41,937 nucleotides of DNA, from positions 1-41,937 of the IMG/VR virus record IMGVR_UViG_3300020042_000346, one strand, 5' to 3'. The stretch's first letter is position 1. Each line of letters opens with the position of its first letter. Under the pieces are notes generated by a model, which saw only the letters and a program-made list of their open reading frames with translations, did no database searches and was not told the DNA's origin. The position numbers were made by a program, and so were the translations under genes. Source of the DNA: a virus (taxonomy: Duplodnaviria; Caudoviricetes). Positions 32,860 to 41,937 of the stretch are shown here, piece by piece.

Positions 32860-35800
32860 ATGCTTATCAACCTGCCCAAACTTGGCCCCGTCAATTTTCG
32901 GGATGACCTAACGCAAGAGCAACTTCAAGCGCAACTCTCCGCGCTTGAGCAAAAATATGATTTTAAAATGCCAAAACCCGAAGTGGGGATTGGCACCCTC
33001 CTCAAGCGGGGTTTTATGCGCGGCTTGGGGGAAACAGGTATCGCTTTAGGGGACACGCTCCCCGCTATGGGTGCATCTGCGCTTGGCTTTGATGAGTACG
33101 CGCAACGTCAACTGGGTGAAGCGCAAGAGTCTCGTGCCGCATTAGAAGCCAAGTACCCCACACAATTTAAGTCATACACTGAGATTGAAAGCCCATACGA
33201 AGCCTTGCAATACGGTGCAGAAACTTTGGGTGAACTTGGCCCAACAGCATTGACTGCTTTGATTCCCGGTATAGGTGCCGGTGCTGTGGGTAGTAGAGTT
33301 GCCGCTCGTGGTGCTATGGGTGCCGCTTTGGAAGCTGGCCCTTTGTCTATGGCTGGCCGTGCCGCCGCAGAGACTGCCGCCAAAAAGGCTGGTGAAGTAG
33401 CAGGTAAACGTGCAATGTATGGTGGTGTGTACCTTGGCTCATTTGCACAAAACGCACCCGAAGTATTTGAAAGTATTTACCGCGAAACAGACAAGATGGA
33501 GCCGGGGATTGCCGCACTTGCGGGTGGTCTATCTTCTGTCTTAGACGCTATCGTTCCCGGAAAAGTATTGAGTGATCTTGGTGGTTACGGCAAGATGAAG
33601 GTCATTGAGAAGTTGGCCAAAGAATCTGGTGCCGCACCAAAGGTGTGGAAGTACATTGGCAAAGAAGCCGCTAAAACCGCAGGTACTGAAGGTTTGACTG
33701 AGGCAGCGCAAGAGTCTATCAATGCCGCCGCAGAACAAGTTGCAGGTAGTACTAAAGATATGTTTGGCCCGGAGAACATTCAGCGATTCAAAGAATCGTT
33801 TGTTAAAGGCGCAATCGGTGGTGGTGTGTTTGGTACTGTCAGCGGTACAAGCCAAGGCTTGACTGCCCGCAAAGAATTTAAAGATACCAAAGAAGCCGAA
33901 GAAGCACTCAAAGCGCAAATGGATGCCGAGGCTAAAGCCGGTACGCTTACTCCTGAACGCCGTGCTGAGTACGACATTGCACTTGAGAAAGCACGTAAGC
34001 AACGTGAAGCAGATTTAACTTCTACGTTTGAGGGTCTGCCTGATTACAACCAACGTGCAGAGAACCTCAAGGCTCTTCAAGCACGTATGGATCAGATACG
34101 GCCCGCTGAAGGCTATACACCTGATGCAGAGACTCAGGCTGAAATTGATAAGCTGGAAGCACAACGTGCGCAGTTGTTGGAAGAGCAACAGAAAGCCGAT
34201 GCTGAGAAATATAAAGAGCGGTATGGAGAACGTGGTGCCCCATTTGGCATCGTGCCACCTACCCCCGGTACTGGTGGTTTATACAGTCCTGCAACTGAAC
34301 AACGCCGTGCTAATCAACAGCAAGCCACACGTGACTTTGCGTTTGGCCCTGTAACTACAAACGTCCCCGGTGACCCCATTACAGTTGACACCCTGAAAAA
34401 TCTTAAAGTGTCTGACCGTTCAGAAGTTGGTTTGTCCTTGTTGGGTACAGACCTTGAAACCGTTGATGGTCGCCGTAAACTTATCCAAACACTGGAGAAG
34501 CCCGATTTCACCGGCAAGATTGATGAAGCCGCATACGATGACCTGATCAGCACTTTTGATCCCGAAGAAGTCAAAGCCGCCCGTGCCGAAATGAAAGCCG
34601 AAACGCTTTCTCCCACTAAGCAAAAACAGCAAGAACAAACCCGCCAATTTGCATTTGGAGTACCTGATGTTACAAGACCTGACACCACCACAAGTGGAGG
34701 AGGCCCTAGCGTGGATAGCCAATCCACTGCTACTAAAGATACCGCAACCGATGAAACAACTGTCGGAGGTGGAGATGTTTCTACTGACCAGAATGCTACA
34801 GACGCTACTGGAAGAGAAGGACAGCAGTCCACTACATTAAATAAAGGAACCACAACTGATGGCACTACGACCACTCAAACCAAGCAAGCAGAAGCGCAAA
34901 GACAAACGGCAACAACTGCCACACGAAGCGTCTTAGACCGCCCTGATTTATCCGCAGAACTGCCCGCTATCCAACAAAAGTTGGGTGGGTTAAAGAACAA
35001 GTTAGATAAGATTGCGAAGGATGCCCGTGCCTATTTTGGCAAGGTAGTCCCTGAACTTGCGCTTGATTCGATTGCCAATGATTTGGTGTATCAACCTACG
35101 GCTTACCGCAACGACAAGATGAAGGCGTTTGCACAAAGTCCTTTTGGCCCAGAGCCAACGTTTGGCACCAAAGAAGAAGCCGCATTTTTCTTAGGTCAAG
35201 GCGGTAGTCATGCTAAAAATGCCGAAGCATGGGCACGTGCCAATTTGTCTCCTGAAGCTGTAGCGTTCATGGATCAAAAAATTGCCCAATACGAAAAGGA
35301 AAAGAAAAGGTCTGACTCTATTCGCCGCCGTCAGGAAGCGCAGACCAAGGTGCGTAAAGCCACTAAAACGCAAGTGGCCGAAGAAGCCTCCACTGCCAAA
35401 GCAGAAGGTGAGTTTGCGCCTACGCTAGAAGAACTTGAAGACGCTAAAGGTACAAAGACTTTGGCAGGCAAACGTAAAAAAGACCTACAACGTCTTGCAC
35501 GTGAGTTGGAATCTGATTTGTATGGTGGGTTAGACGATATAGCCGACACTGATATCAGTGGCTTTGAAGCTGATGCAGACCTTGCCGCATTACATACACA
35601 GGCTCACCCGGTGATTCTCCAACAGCTTGCCAACAATAACTTGGTAGGTGCTTTACAAGGGCTGGCGGATAGCGGCTCATCTAGGACAGCAGAACTTTTT
35701 GCACAGAACTTATCAAAACTTGTTGGTAATGTGAACCTAGTATATGGCGCTAAGAAGTCCATGTACGACCCAAAGACCAACACAGTCTATTTGCGTGATG

Positions 35801-38800
35801 GTGCTACTGAGTATGAGATTCTGCATGAGTGTTCACATGCAACCATGTCCCACACTTTGGACAACCCATCGCATCCCGTTACCCGTCAGGTTACAACCCT
35901 CTTCAATCAAATGAAGAAAGCCACTGAAGGAACTTATGGTGCGCAAGATATACAAGAGTTCGCTGCCGAGGCGTGGAGTAATGATGCGTTCCGCAATCAC
36001 CTAAAGCAGTTCAAACCCACAGGTGAGAAACTCACTGGTTGGGAGCGTTTGGTTAATTCTGTGCGTCAGTTGCTACGCTTGCCCCCTAAACATGAGACTG
36101 CGTTGGATGCGATTGACCGCATGCTAAATGACATCATCAGCCCTCCCCCTGCCGAACGCATGGGTGAAACTATGTATGCGCAGTCTCTGCATAACCCTAA
36201 TGTTGTGCAAGAGATGTTTACAAAGATCAACAGTACTATCCGCAGTAAGCCCGTCATGAACAGTGAACGTGCTGTTGGGTTTTGGAAAGCCGCAGAAAAA
36301 ATTGGTACGACTGGCCGTCAGTTAATGTACAAAGCGTTGAACTTGTCTGCCTTGGGTGAAGTTGGTAGCAAGTATTTGGGTAATACCGCGACTCGCTTTG
36401 CAAACACCATCGAAGAGATGGCGGGTTATCAAGAGAAACTTCTTGAAGCCATGTACCCATTACATAGCCGTTTGGCTGAATTTAGACAAACCCCTGAGTA
36501 TCAGGCATGGTCTACTTTGGTTAATGATTCCACACGTGTGGATGTAAACCCTGAAGCAGACTTTAGCAAATACAAAGGCAGTCCCGAGAAAGAAGCTGAG
36601 TGGAAACAACTCCATGCAAGGTTTATTAAACTTACACCAACTGGCCAGAAGTTGTACCGCGATCTATTTGCAACCTACAAAGAACTTGATAAGGAGTTCT
36701 TAAAGTCATTAGAGCGCAATATCGGGGCTACGGTGGGTGACAAGTCGCAAGCCGCCACTGCCTACCAAAAGATTCTGCAAGAACTTGCCGCTATACGTGT
36801 TGACCACTACGCGCCTTTATTCCGCGAAGGCCCATTTTGGTTGCAATACGACATCAACGGTGAAACTAAAAAAGAAGCCTTTGAATCTGAGGCTGAACTT
36901 AACTACGCCCGTCAGCAACTAGAAGCTAAGGGTGTTACAAACGTTGACTTCTATTTACGCGCAGATCAAATAACTTCTAAGAACGTACCATCCGGCACTA
37001 TGTTGGCCGACATCATAAAGATCATGCAGGACAATGGTGCTGGTAAAGATGCTGTTGATGACTTGATACAACTTGTTGTCAAAGCTATGCCAGAGGCCAG
37101 CATACTGAAGAGCCGTCAGAAACGTACTGGTATTGGTGGCTATATTGATAACGCCGCCTATGTGTTTGATCGGGTAAGCAGTAACACTGCACGTCAGTTG
37201 GGCCGGATGCAGTATGGCCCTGAACTACAACGTCTTGTAGCAGAAATGCAAGAGACGGTTGATTCCGCACGGGGTGATACTAATAGGTACGGTGGTGAAC
37301 TCATTAACGAGTTTGAAGGTCGTCGTGAATTTGCCATGAAGCCTACGTTGACTGCCTTCTCTCAGTATGCAAGCTCCGGTGCGTTCTACTACAACCTTGC
37401 CGGTAATATTTCCTCCGCAGTGATCAACACACTACAAACTCCCTTGATTGTCTTCCCGCAACTCGGTGGTGAGTATGGATTTAAGGACGCAGGTGCGGCA
37501 CTGAACAATGCCCGAAAACTCTATATGAGCAGTGGGTTTACCCGTAAGGTTACAGAACTGACTGGAGAAGTCACTGAAGTTCAAAATGAATTTCAAATTC
37601 TAAATCGTATGGGGTTAAAGGCAATGACCTCCATCGAGAACTTGGTCAACAATGGAAAAGCTCCTCAATACGCAGGGCTGATTGGTGCTATGAAAGACCG
37701 TGGTCTGCTGGCCACATCTACCGCACGGAGTGCATTAAATTCTGAGAATAACGATTCATCAGGTTATGGCAGCACAAACAAACTAGCGCGGTACACAACG
37801 TTGATAGGTTCTTTCATGTTCCACCATGCCGAGCGCATGAACCGTGAGATCACTGCTGTTGCCGCCTATGATTTGGAAATGGCCAAGCTCAAAAACTCCA
37901 AGATGAGTGATGCTGAGAAGCAAACCAAGGCAATCGATAAAGCCCTGAAACTTGTGGAATATTCTCACGGTGCGGGCAGTACACTGTCTGGCCCCAGCCT
38001 TGGTCAGAGTGACGTAGGAAAAGTTTTGATGGTGTTTAAGCGTTTTGCATTCAGCATGTACTACATGTTGTTTGACACCATGATGCGTTCACTCCCTGTC
38101 AAAGGTGCAACGGGTGAACAGCTTGAAGCAATTAAAGCGGCTCGTAGACAACTTGTTGGTATATACGGCATGTCCGCGCTCTTTGCTGGCGCTAAAGGTT
38201 TGCCACTGTACTGGGTTGCTGAGTTGGCCTACAACATGTTCCAAGACAAAGACGATGATGACTTTGATACGATCATGCGTGAATATCTTGGAGACTTCTT
38301 CTTTAAAGGGCCAGTCAACTACTTCACCAATCTGAGCATTGCGGATCGTGTGGGTTGGACTGATTTGTTGTGGCGTGAACAAAAGGGAAGCAAAGCAGAC
38401 GCAAGTGCATTGTCCCAGTTTATGGAGAGTTTGCTTGGTGCACCTTACTCTATTGTGGACAGTGCTATACGTGGTGTAAATCTGATTGCTGAAGGTCAGA
38501 TGGAACGTGGTATTGAGGCCATACTGCCTGTAAGTATGCGCAATATTTTGAAGGGTGGTCGTTATGCAATCGAAGGCGCTAACACTCTACGTGGTGATGC
38601 AGTTGGAGATGTGAACGGTTACAACGCCGCTATGCAAGTGCTTGGGTTTGCTCCTGCTGACTTGATGAAGCAGTACGAAGAAAATGCGTACATGACCGAG
38701 AAGGGTAAAGCCATCAAGTCTATTGAGAAGAACGCACTGAAGAAGTACTATGCCGCTATGCGTGAAGGCGATGTTGACGGCATGATGGATGCACGTGAGA

Positions 38801-38973
38801 AGTTGTTTGAGCTTGGTGCTAAATACCCTGACCTAAAGATCAGTGAGAAGACAATCAATCAGTCAGTGAAGGCACGTGATCGCATCTCTGCCGAAATGTA
38901 TCAAGGTGTATCGCTTGATCGCAAACTGGCTCCGTATCTGAAGCAAGCCGCCGCAGAAGCATACGGTGATTAA
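32860..38973 (+). CDS. Giant ejection / polyvalent protein with a zincin-like metallopeptidase and a PLxRFG-like region
   Basis: 2037 aa. Gly/Ala-rich N-terminal membrane-type helices, HECSH (35824-35838) with downstream QEFAAEAWSN, and YAPLFREG (~36808-36831). Last gene of the late operon. Confidence 0.7.
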   Translation: MLINLPKLGPVNFRDDLTQEQLQAQLSALEQKYDFKMPKPEVGIGTLLKRGFMRGLGETGIALGDTLPAMGASALGFDEYAQRQLGEAQESRAALEAKYPTQFKSYTEIESPYEALQYGAETLGELGPTALTALIPGIGAGAVGSRVAARGAMGAALEAGPLSMAGRAAAETAAKKAGEVAGKRAMYGGVYLGSFAQNAPEVFESIYRETDKMEPGIAALAGGLSSVLDAIVPGKVLSDLGGYGKMKVIEKLAKESGAAPKVWKYIGKEAAKTAGTEGLTEAAQESINAAAEQVAGSTKDMFGPENIQRFKESFVKGAIGGGVFGTVSGTSQGLTARKEFKDTKEAEEALKAQMDAEAKAGTLTPERRAEYDIALEKARKQREADLTSTFEGLPDYNQRAENLKALQARMDQIRPAEGYTPDAETQAEIDKLEAQRAQLLEEQQKADAEKYKERYGERGAPFGIVPPTPGTGGLYSPATEQRRANQQQATRDFAFGPVTTNVPGDPITVDTLKNLKVSDRSEVGLSLLGTDLETVDGRRKLIQTLEKPDFTGKIDEAAYDDLISTFDPEEVKAARAEMKAETLSPTKQKQQEQTRQFAFGVPDVTRPDTTTSGGGPSVDSQSTATKDTATDETTVGGGDVSTDQNATDATGREGQQSTTLNKGTTTDGTTTTQTKQAEAQRQTATTATRSVLDRPDLSAELPAIQQKLGGLKNKLDKIAKDARAYFGKVVPELALDSIANDLVYQPTAYRNDKMKAFAQSPFGPEPTFGTKEEAAFFLGQGGSHAKNAEAWARANLSPEAVAFMDQKIAQYEKEKKRSDSIRRRQEAQTKVRKATKTQVAEEASTAKAEGEFAPTLEELEDAKGTKTLAGKRKKDLQRLARELESDLYGGLDDIADTDISGFEADADLAALHTQAHPVILQQLANNNLVGALQGLADSGSSRTAELFAQNLSKLVGNVNLVYGAKKSMYDPKTNTVYLRDGATEYEILHECSHATMSHTLDNPSHPVTRQVTTLFNQMKKATEGTYGAQDIQEFAAEAWSNDAFRNHLKQFKPTGEKLTGWERLVNSVRQLLRLPPKHETALDAIDRMLNDIISPPPAERMGETMYAQSLHNPNVVQEMFTKINSTIRSKPVMNSERAVGFWKAAEKIGTTGRQLMYKALNLSALGEVGSKYLGNTATRFANTIEEMAGYQEKLLEAMYPLHSRLAEFRQTPEYQAWSTLVNDSTRVDVNPEADFSKYKGSPEKEAEWKQLHARFIKLTPTGQKLYRDLFATYKELDKEFLKSLERNIGATVGDKSQAATAYQKILQELAAIRVDHYAPLFREGPFWLQYDINGETKKEAFESEAELNYARQQLEAKGVTNVDFYLRADQITSKNVPSGTMLADIIKIMQDNGAGKDAVDDLIQLVVKAMPEASILKSRQKRTGIGGYIDNAAYVFDRVSSNTARQLGRMQYGPELQRLVAEMQETVDSARGDTNRYGGELINEFEGRREFAMKPTLTAFSQYASSGAFYYNLAGNISSAVINTLQTPLIVFPQLGGEYGFKDAGAALNNARKLYMSSGFTRKVTELTGEVTEVQNEFQILNRMGLKAMTSIENLVNNGKAPQYAGLIGAMKDRGLLATSTARSALNSENNDSSGYGSTNKLARYTTLIGSFMFHHAERMNREITAVAAYDLEMAKLKNSKMSDAEKQTKAIDKALKLVEYSHGAGSTLSGPSLGQSDVGKVLMVFKRFAFSMYYMLFDTMMRSLPVKGATGEQLEAIKAARRQLVGIYGMSALFAGAKGLPLYWVAELAYNMFQDKDDDDFDTIMREYLGDFFFKGPVNYFTNLSIADRVGWTDLLWREQKGSKADASALSQFMESLLGAPYSIVDSAIRGVNLIAEGQMERGIEAILPVSMRNILKGGRYAIEGANTLRGDAVGDVNGYNAAMQVLGFAPADLMKQYEENAYMTEKGKAIKSIEKNALKKYYAAMREGDVDGMMDAREKLFELGAKYPDLKISEKTINQSVKARDRISAEMYQGVSLDRKLAPYLKQAAAEAYGD
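34667..34840 (+). CDS. Candidate nested gene (57 aa) in the +1 frame of the giant gene
   Basis: GGAG (34657-34660), 6 nt, ATG. MLQDLTPPQVEEALAWIANPLLLKIPQPMKQLSEVEMFLLTRMLQTLLEEKDSSPLH looks helical and protein-like. Confidence 0.5.
   Translation: MLQDLTPPQVEEALAWIANPLLLKIPQPMKQLSEVEMFLLTRMLQTLLEEKDSSPLH
34859..34936 (+). CDS. Candidate second nested ORF (25 aa, basic) in the +1 frame
   Basis: AAAGGA (34843-34848), then ATG 34859. MALRPLKPSKQKRKDKRQQLPHEAS. Confidence 0.3.
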   Translation: MALRPLKPSKQKRKDKRQQLPHEAS

Positions 38974-38998
38974 AAAAAGACCCCGACCGAAGTCGGGG
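38972..38998 (-). terminator. Intrinsic terminator for the - strand at the convergence point
   Basis: On the - strand: CCCCGAC-TTCG-GTCGGGG-TC-TTTTTTT (C-UUCG-G tetraloop plus U-tract). Confidence 0.9.
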
Positions 38999-39040
38999 CT
39001 CAAGGAGATAGCAACCAAAGGAGAGAGTAACAAGTTGCTA
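38972..39040 (-). ncRNA. Candidate ~70-nt small RNA with anti-Shine-Dalgarno sequences
   Basis: Extended -10 TGC-TAGAGT (39055-39047, - strand). Stem TAGCAAC/GTTGCTA with a loop containing CTCTCTCCTTT, a second TCTCCTT, then the UUCG terminator. Confidence 0.5.
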
Positions 39041-39060
39041 GGGCGAACTCTAGCACATTG

Positions 39061-39264
39061 TTAAGTGATTCGCCAGAATCTCACTCCTTGGGTGCCTCTT
39101 TCCAAAACAAAACGGAACTTGATCTTCATGCCGCGCTCTTTAGCAGAGGCGGCTATTTGGTCTGCAATACCCTGACGATCTAGGCACGGTATGTAGAAAG
39201 AGCTACCAACTACAAACTTATGCCATTCTATAGCAACTGGTACAGTATCAGCCGTTATCGTCAT
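39061..39264 (-). CDS. Small conserved phage protein, possibly DNA-binding
   Basis: W..FVVGSSFYIPC...GVRFWRI motif. Overlaps the 3' end of the primase gene. Confidence 0.65.
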   Translation of the reverse strand: MTITADTVPVAIEWHKFVVGSSFYIPCLDRQGIADQIAASAKERGMKIKFRFVLERGTQGVRFWRIT

Positions 39265-41935
39265 GGGTAATAGTTTCTACTTCCGGATCAAGGTCAGTAG
39301 CAACAGCGCAGTCAATCATCAGTGCAAACACTGAAGGTGTGGTCATATCAGAACCTTTGGACATGCTTTTCTTAATAATACCTTTGATGATCTTAGCCTT
39401 TTGTAGATCAGCGCACACCATCTTATAGGATATTTGATTCTCACTACACCATTCACGCAGGGCTTTGGTGGAGATAAACAACAGCTTAGTATCCGGCTCG
39501 TAGCGGGTCATCAACTCCCCACGGGGTTCCCGTATTGGTGATTCAAACAAACCTGACCGTTTATCAACCGTGCTTTTCACGATCAACATGTTGTTGTTCT
39601 TCTCGTTCAAGAACATACCGATGCGGCTCAAAGGTGTCATGCTGTCAGCGCGGACTTCAATGCGCATATTACTTAGGGTTTCTACTGCCCACTTGTAGAC
39701 TGCGGATACATCAATGTCGTGCAGACCCAACTTCTTAGCAATGATGCCGGATGTCAGTGCGCATGCCGCTGTCGCAGACCAAAAGCGTTCACGTTGTGTA
39801 AACCCTGCGGCCTTATCAAACTTACGTTGGATCGCATTCAATAGACGCTGAACTTCCGGTAAGTTAGCAATCACATAGCGGATAAAGATTTCCCCTGCTA
39901 CACCATAGTTCTCGTACATGGGATTAAACATCGCATCAGACTCAGCCTTACTCAAGCTGTCATTCTTGGCAACTGCAAACTCCAGTACCCGCATCAGTTC
40001 GCCCTCCGGAAAGTCTTTGAGGTTATACAACTGATCGTACAAACTCTTGTTACCTGATGTAATCGCAATCAAATTCCAGCGCAGTGAATTACTACGTTCA
40101 GCATTAGACTGTGACTGCATACGGTTACGGCCTCGCCCGTGCGTAATAGCGTACGCCATTGCACTGACTTCCTCATCTCCCATGTTGGTCAACTCATCAA
40201 TGGTAGGGGGTATATTGCCAAGCACTGAGATACGGTGCATACGTGCCAAATACTTATCCTCTTGGTTCATCAACGGTTCAATGGGTCTGCCCCAAATGCT
40301 GTTGACTGCAAGCTGAATCGTTGTCTTACCTACACCGGAGCCGTTGTTTGTCAGGTGAATGATTGAGCCGTTGAGCTTTGTAAACTTGTATAACGCTGAC
40401 CCAAATCCTGCAAAGAGTGTGAACGCACGTACTTCATTTCCGGGAGCCGCATAGATGTTGGCAACCTTTTTCCACTCGGCAACCGTACCTTTCTTGGTGT
40501 AGTAGCTTGCGATCTCCGCAGTGGCATTAGATGAGGGACTGTAGTTCACGCCCGATGCTGTAACTTCACGATTGCCAATGATGAACTTGGTATCGTCTTC
40601 ATGCCAACCAAATTGTTGACGTGCCTTTTCTGCTTCTGTTAGGTGCTGAAGTTCTTGCACCCACTTGGTGATGTAACCCATAAGTAAATCCAATCTTTTG
40701 TTGTATGCAGTGACACCTTGGTATGCCAAGACTTCCCGCAACTTGTCCTTAGATAAAACGCTTGATAGTGGCGCGGAGAATTCACGGATTCCATCCTTGG
40801 GCATGTGTAAGCGCATCCACAAAGATTCTCCTGTGTCAGGATCAGTCAACCGCTTCACGACGTAGAAGTCGTACTCGTAGATCAACTCATCTTTCTCATC
40901 CTCACCCTTCTCATCTTTACCCCAACCCCGCTTGTACACACCGCCGTTCTTGCCACGAAAGTATGGGTATGGGTAGTCAGGTATTTCAACCGTGACTTCT
41001 TCTTCCAATATGGCGTTACGCATGACAACGATGTTGTCTTCTGCCTTGGCTTCGGCGATGCGGGAACCAATCTGAATCGGAGAAGTAATCTTGCCCTTGT
41101 GTGGGCAGTCGTTACACGGTGCAGAGTTAATGCTTGCAAACGTAGCGCACTTGTATGGCTTCTCCAGTAGTGCGTGTGCCTTGTTGAACGTCTCTTGTGG
41201 ATCGTACTCAGGGTGCTGATTGCTAATCTTGTGGATCGCTTTCTCACCATCTTCGCAGTTGATCGCAATAGACAGACCCGCTCTCCATAGCGGTTCCTCA
41301 ACAGTCTCTTGCTCTTTATAGATACGCAGTAGTTGTGCGCATCCTTCACCCTCGGCACTCTTGCGCATGATAGTCCCAAAACGGGACACACTGTTACCCA
41401 TCAAGGCGCGGGTGGTTGCATCTATTGGTCGGCGTGGTGGTGCGTCAGAACCAAACAAACCTTGCGGCTCGTCATCCTCTTCTTCTACACCTATCAACGT
41501 CTTGAAGCGTGTGAACTCTACCGGCTGCGACTCGACCATTACAGATACGGGCTTGGGCGGGTTGTCCTTGAAGTTCAACGTCTCGGGTATACGCAGTATT
41601 CGTGCGGCATCTGCTGTAACCGCAGGATCAGCAAGCAGATTGTATGAGGCACAGAATTTCTTCAGTGCTTCGGCTGTCGGCTTCCAATCGTTGTAACCGA
41701 TGGTCTCCTTCAGCGTCCAGTAAACGTGTATGCCACGTCCTGAGTTAACGATAGTGGGTCGAGGTAACCCTGTTGCTTTAACAAATATTCTGAGCGCATC
41801 CAATGCGGATGCTTGTGAATCGTATGGTTTGTTTTCACCACAATCTAGGTCAAGCCAAAAAGCCTTAAACCATTTTGCGTTCTTTGCTGTGCGACCTTCA
41901 TCTTCCAAAAGATATTTAGCGCATCCAAAGTATGC
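39248..41935 (-). CDS. Primase-helicase: AEP/RepB-type primase, DUF927-like region and P-loop helicase (5'-truncated)
   Basis: AFWLDLDCG, VNSGRGIHVYW and DAARILRIP primase motifs. QQFGWH, Walker A GSGVGKTT, Walker B TIDE, ENYGVAG. The frame stays open to the window end (AYFGCAKYL...). Confidence 0.85.
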   Translation of the reverse strand, partial: AYFGCAKYLLEDEGRTAKNAKWFKAFWLDLDCGENKPYDSQASALDALRIFVKATGLPRPTIVNSGRGIHVYWTLKETIGYNDWKPTAEALKKFCASYNLLADPAVTADAARILRIPETLNFKDNPPKPVSVMVESQPVEFTRFKTLIGVEEEDDEPQGLFGSDAPPRRPIDATTRALMGNSVSRFGTIMRKSAEGEGCAQLLRIYKEQETVEEPLWRAGLSIAINCEDGEKAIHKISNQHPEYDPQETFNKAHALLEKPYKCATFASINSAPCNDCPHKGKITSPIQIGSRIAEAKAEDNIVVMRNAILEEEVTVEIPDYPYPYFRGKNGGVYKRGWGKDEKGEDEKDELIYEYDFYVVKRLTDPDTGESLWMRLHMPKDGIREFSAPLSSVLSKDKLREVLAYQGVTAYNKRLDLLMGYITKWVQELQHLTEAEKARQQFGWHEDDTKFIIGNREVTASGVNYSPSSNATAEIASYYTKKGTVAEWKKVANIYAAPGNEVRAFTLFAGFGSALYKFTKLNGSIIHLTNNGSGVGKTTIQLAVNSIWGRPIEPLMNQEDKYLARMHRISVLGNIPPTIDELTNMGDEEVSAMAYAITHGRGRNRMQSQSNAERSNSLRWNLIAITSGNKSLYDQLYNLKDFPEGELMRVLEFAVAKNDSLSKAESDAMFNPMYENYGVAGEIFIRYVIANLPEVQRLLNAIQRKFDKAAGFTQRERFWSATAACALTSGIIAKKLGLHDIDVSAVYKWAVETLSNMRIEVRADSMTPLSRIGMFLNEKNNNMLIVKSTVDKRSGLFESPIREPRGELMTRYEPDTKLLFISTKALREWCSENQISYKMVCADLQKAKIIKGIIKKSMSKGSDMTTPSVFALMIDCAVATDLDPEVETITHDDNG

Positions 41936-41937
41936 GT

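Noticed and set aside
32860-38973. Giant gene as a tape measure protein or virion RNA polymerase
   Set aside because: There are no tail tube or chaperone genes and I recognise no polymerase catalytic motifs. Position and motifs fit a polyvalent ejection protein.
1-41937. tRNA/rRNA genes, integrase, terminase, introns or inteins
   Set aside because: None were recognised. Intergenic gaps are too short for most RNA genes, and the terminase probably lies upstream of the window. Lifestyle and host cannot be determined from this sequence.

Overview
The window is about 42 kb of a tailed dsDNA phage genome with podovirus-like architecture: a nozzle and ejection proteins are present, and I see no tail tube, sheath or full tape measure. 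Bases 1-38973 form one tightly coupled + strand late region. It runs in this order: portal (5'-truncated), GroES-like co-chaperonin, scaffold, decoration protein, Mu-gpT-like major capsid protein, a cluster of small basic proteins, two head-tail adaptors, an inserted HNH endonuclease, tail/fibre genes with five glycine-rich adhesin paralogues, a lysis cassette (possible T4-T-like holin, GH108 endolysin, 3-TM holin), a tail nozzle, and ejection proteins ending in a 2037-aa polyvalent protein. A converging - strand unit encodes a 5'-truncated primase-helicase and a small gene. The most interesting signals are: (1) a shared C-terminal tag and a recurring hydrophobic-x-x-GG motif linking the small basic proteins to the ejection proteins, a possible virion cargo-tagging or processing system; (2) a pseudoknotted RNA after the capsid gene; (3) a candidate ~70-nt sRNA displaying two anti-Shine-Dalgarno sequences; (4) two SD-preceded ORFs nested in the +1 frame of the giant gene; (5) a lysis module resembling a T4-style holin/antiholin system. 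All family assignments come from motif recognition and synteny by eye. No database search was run.
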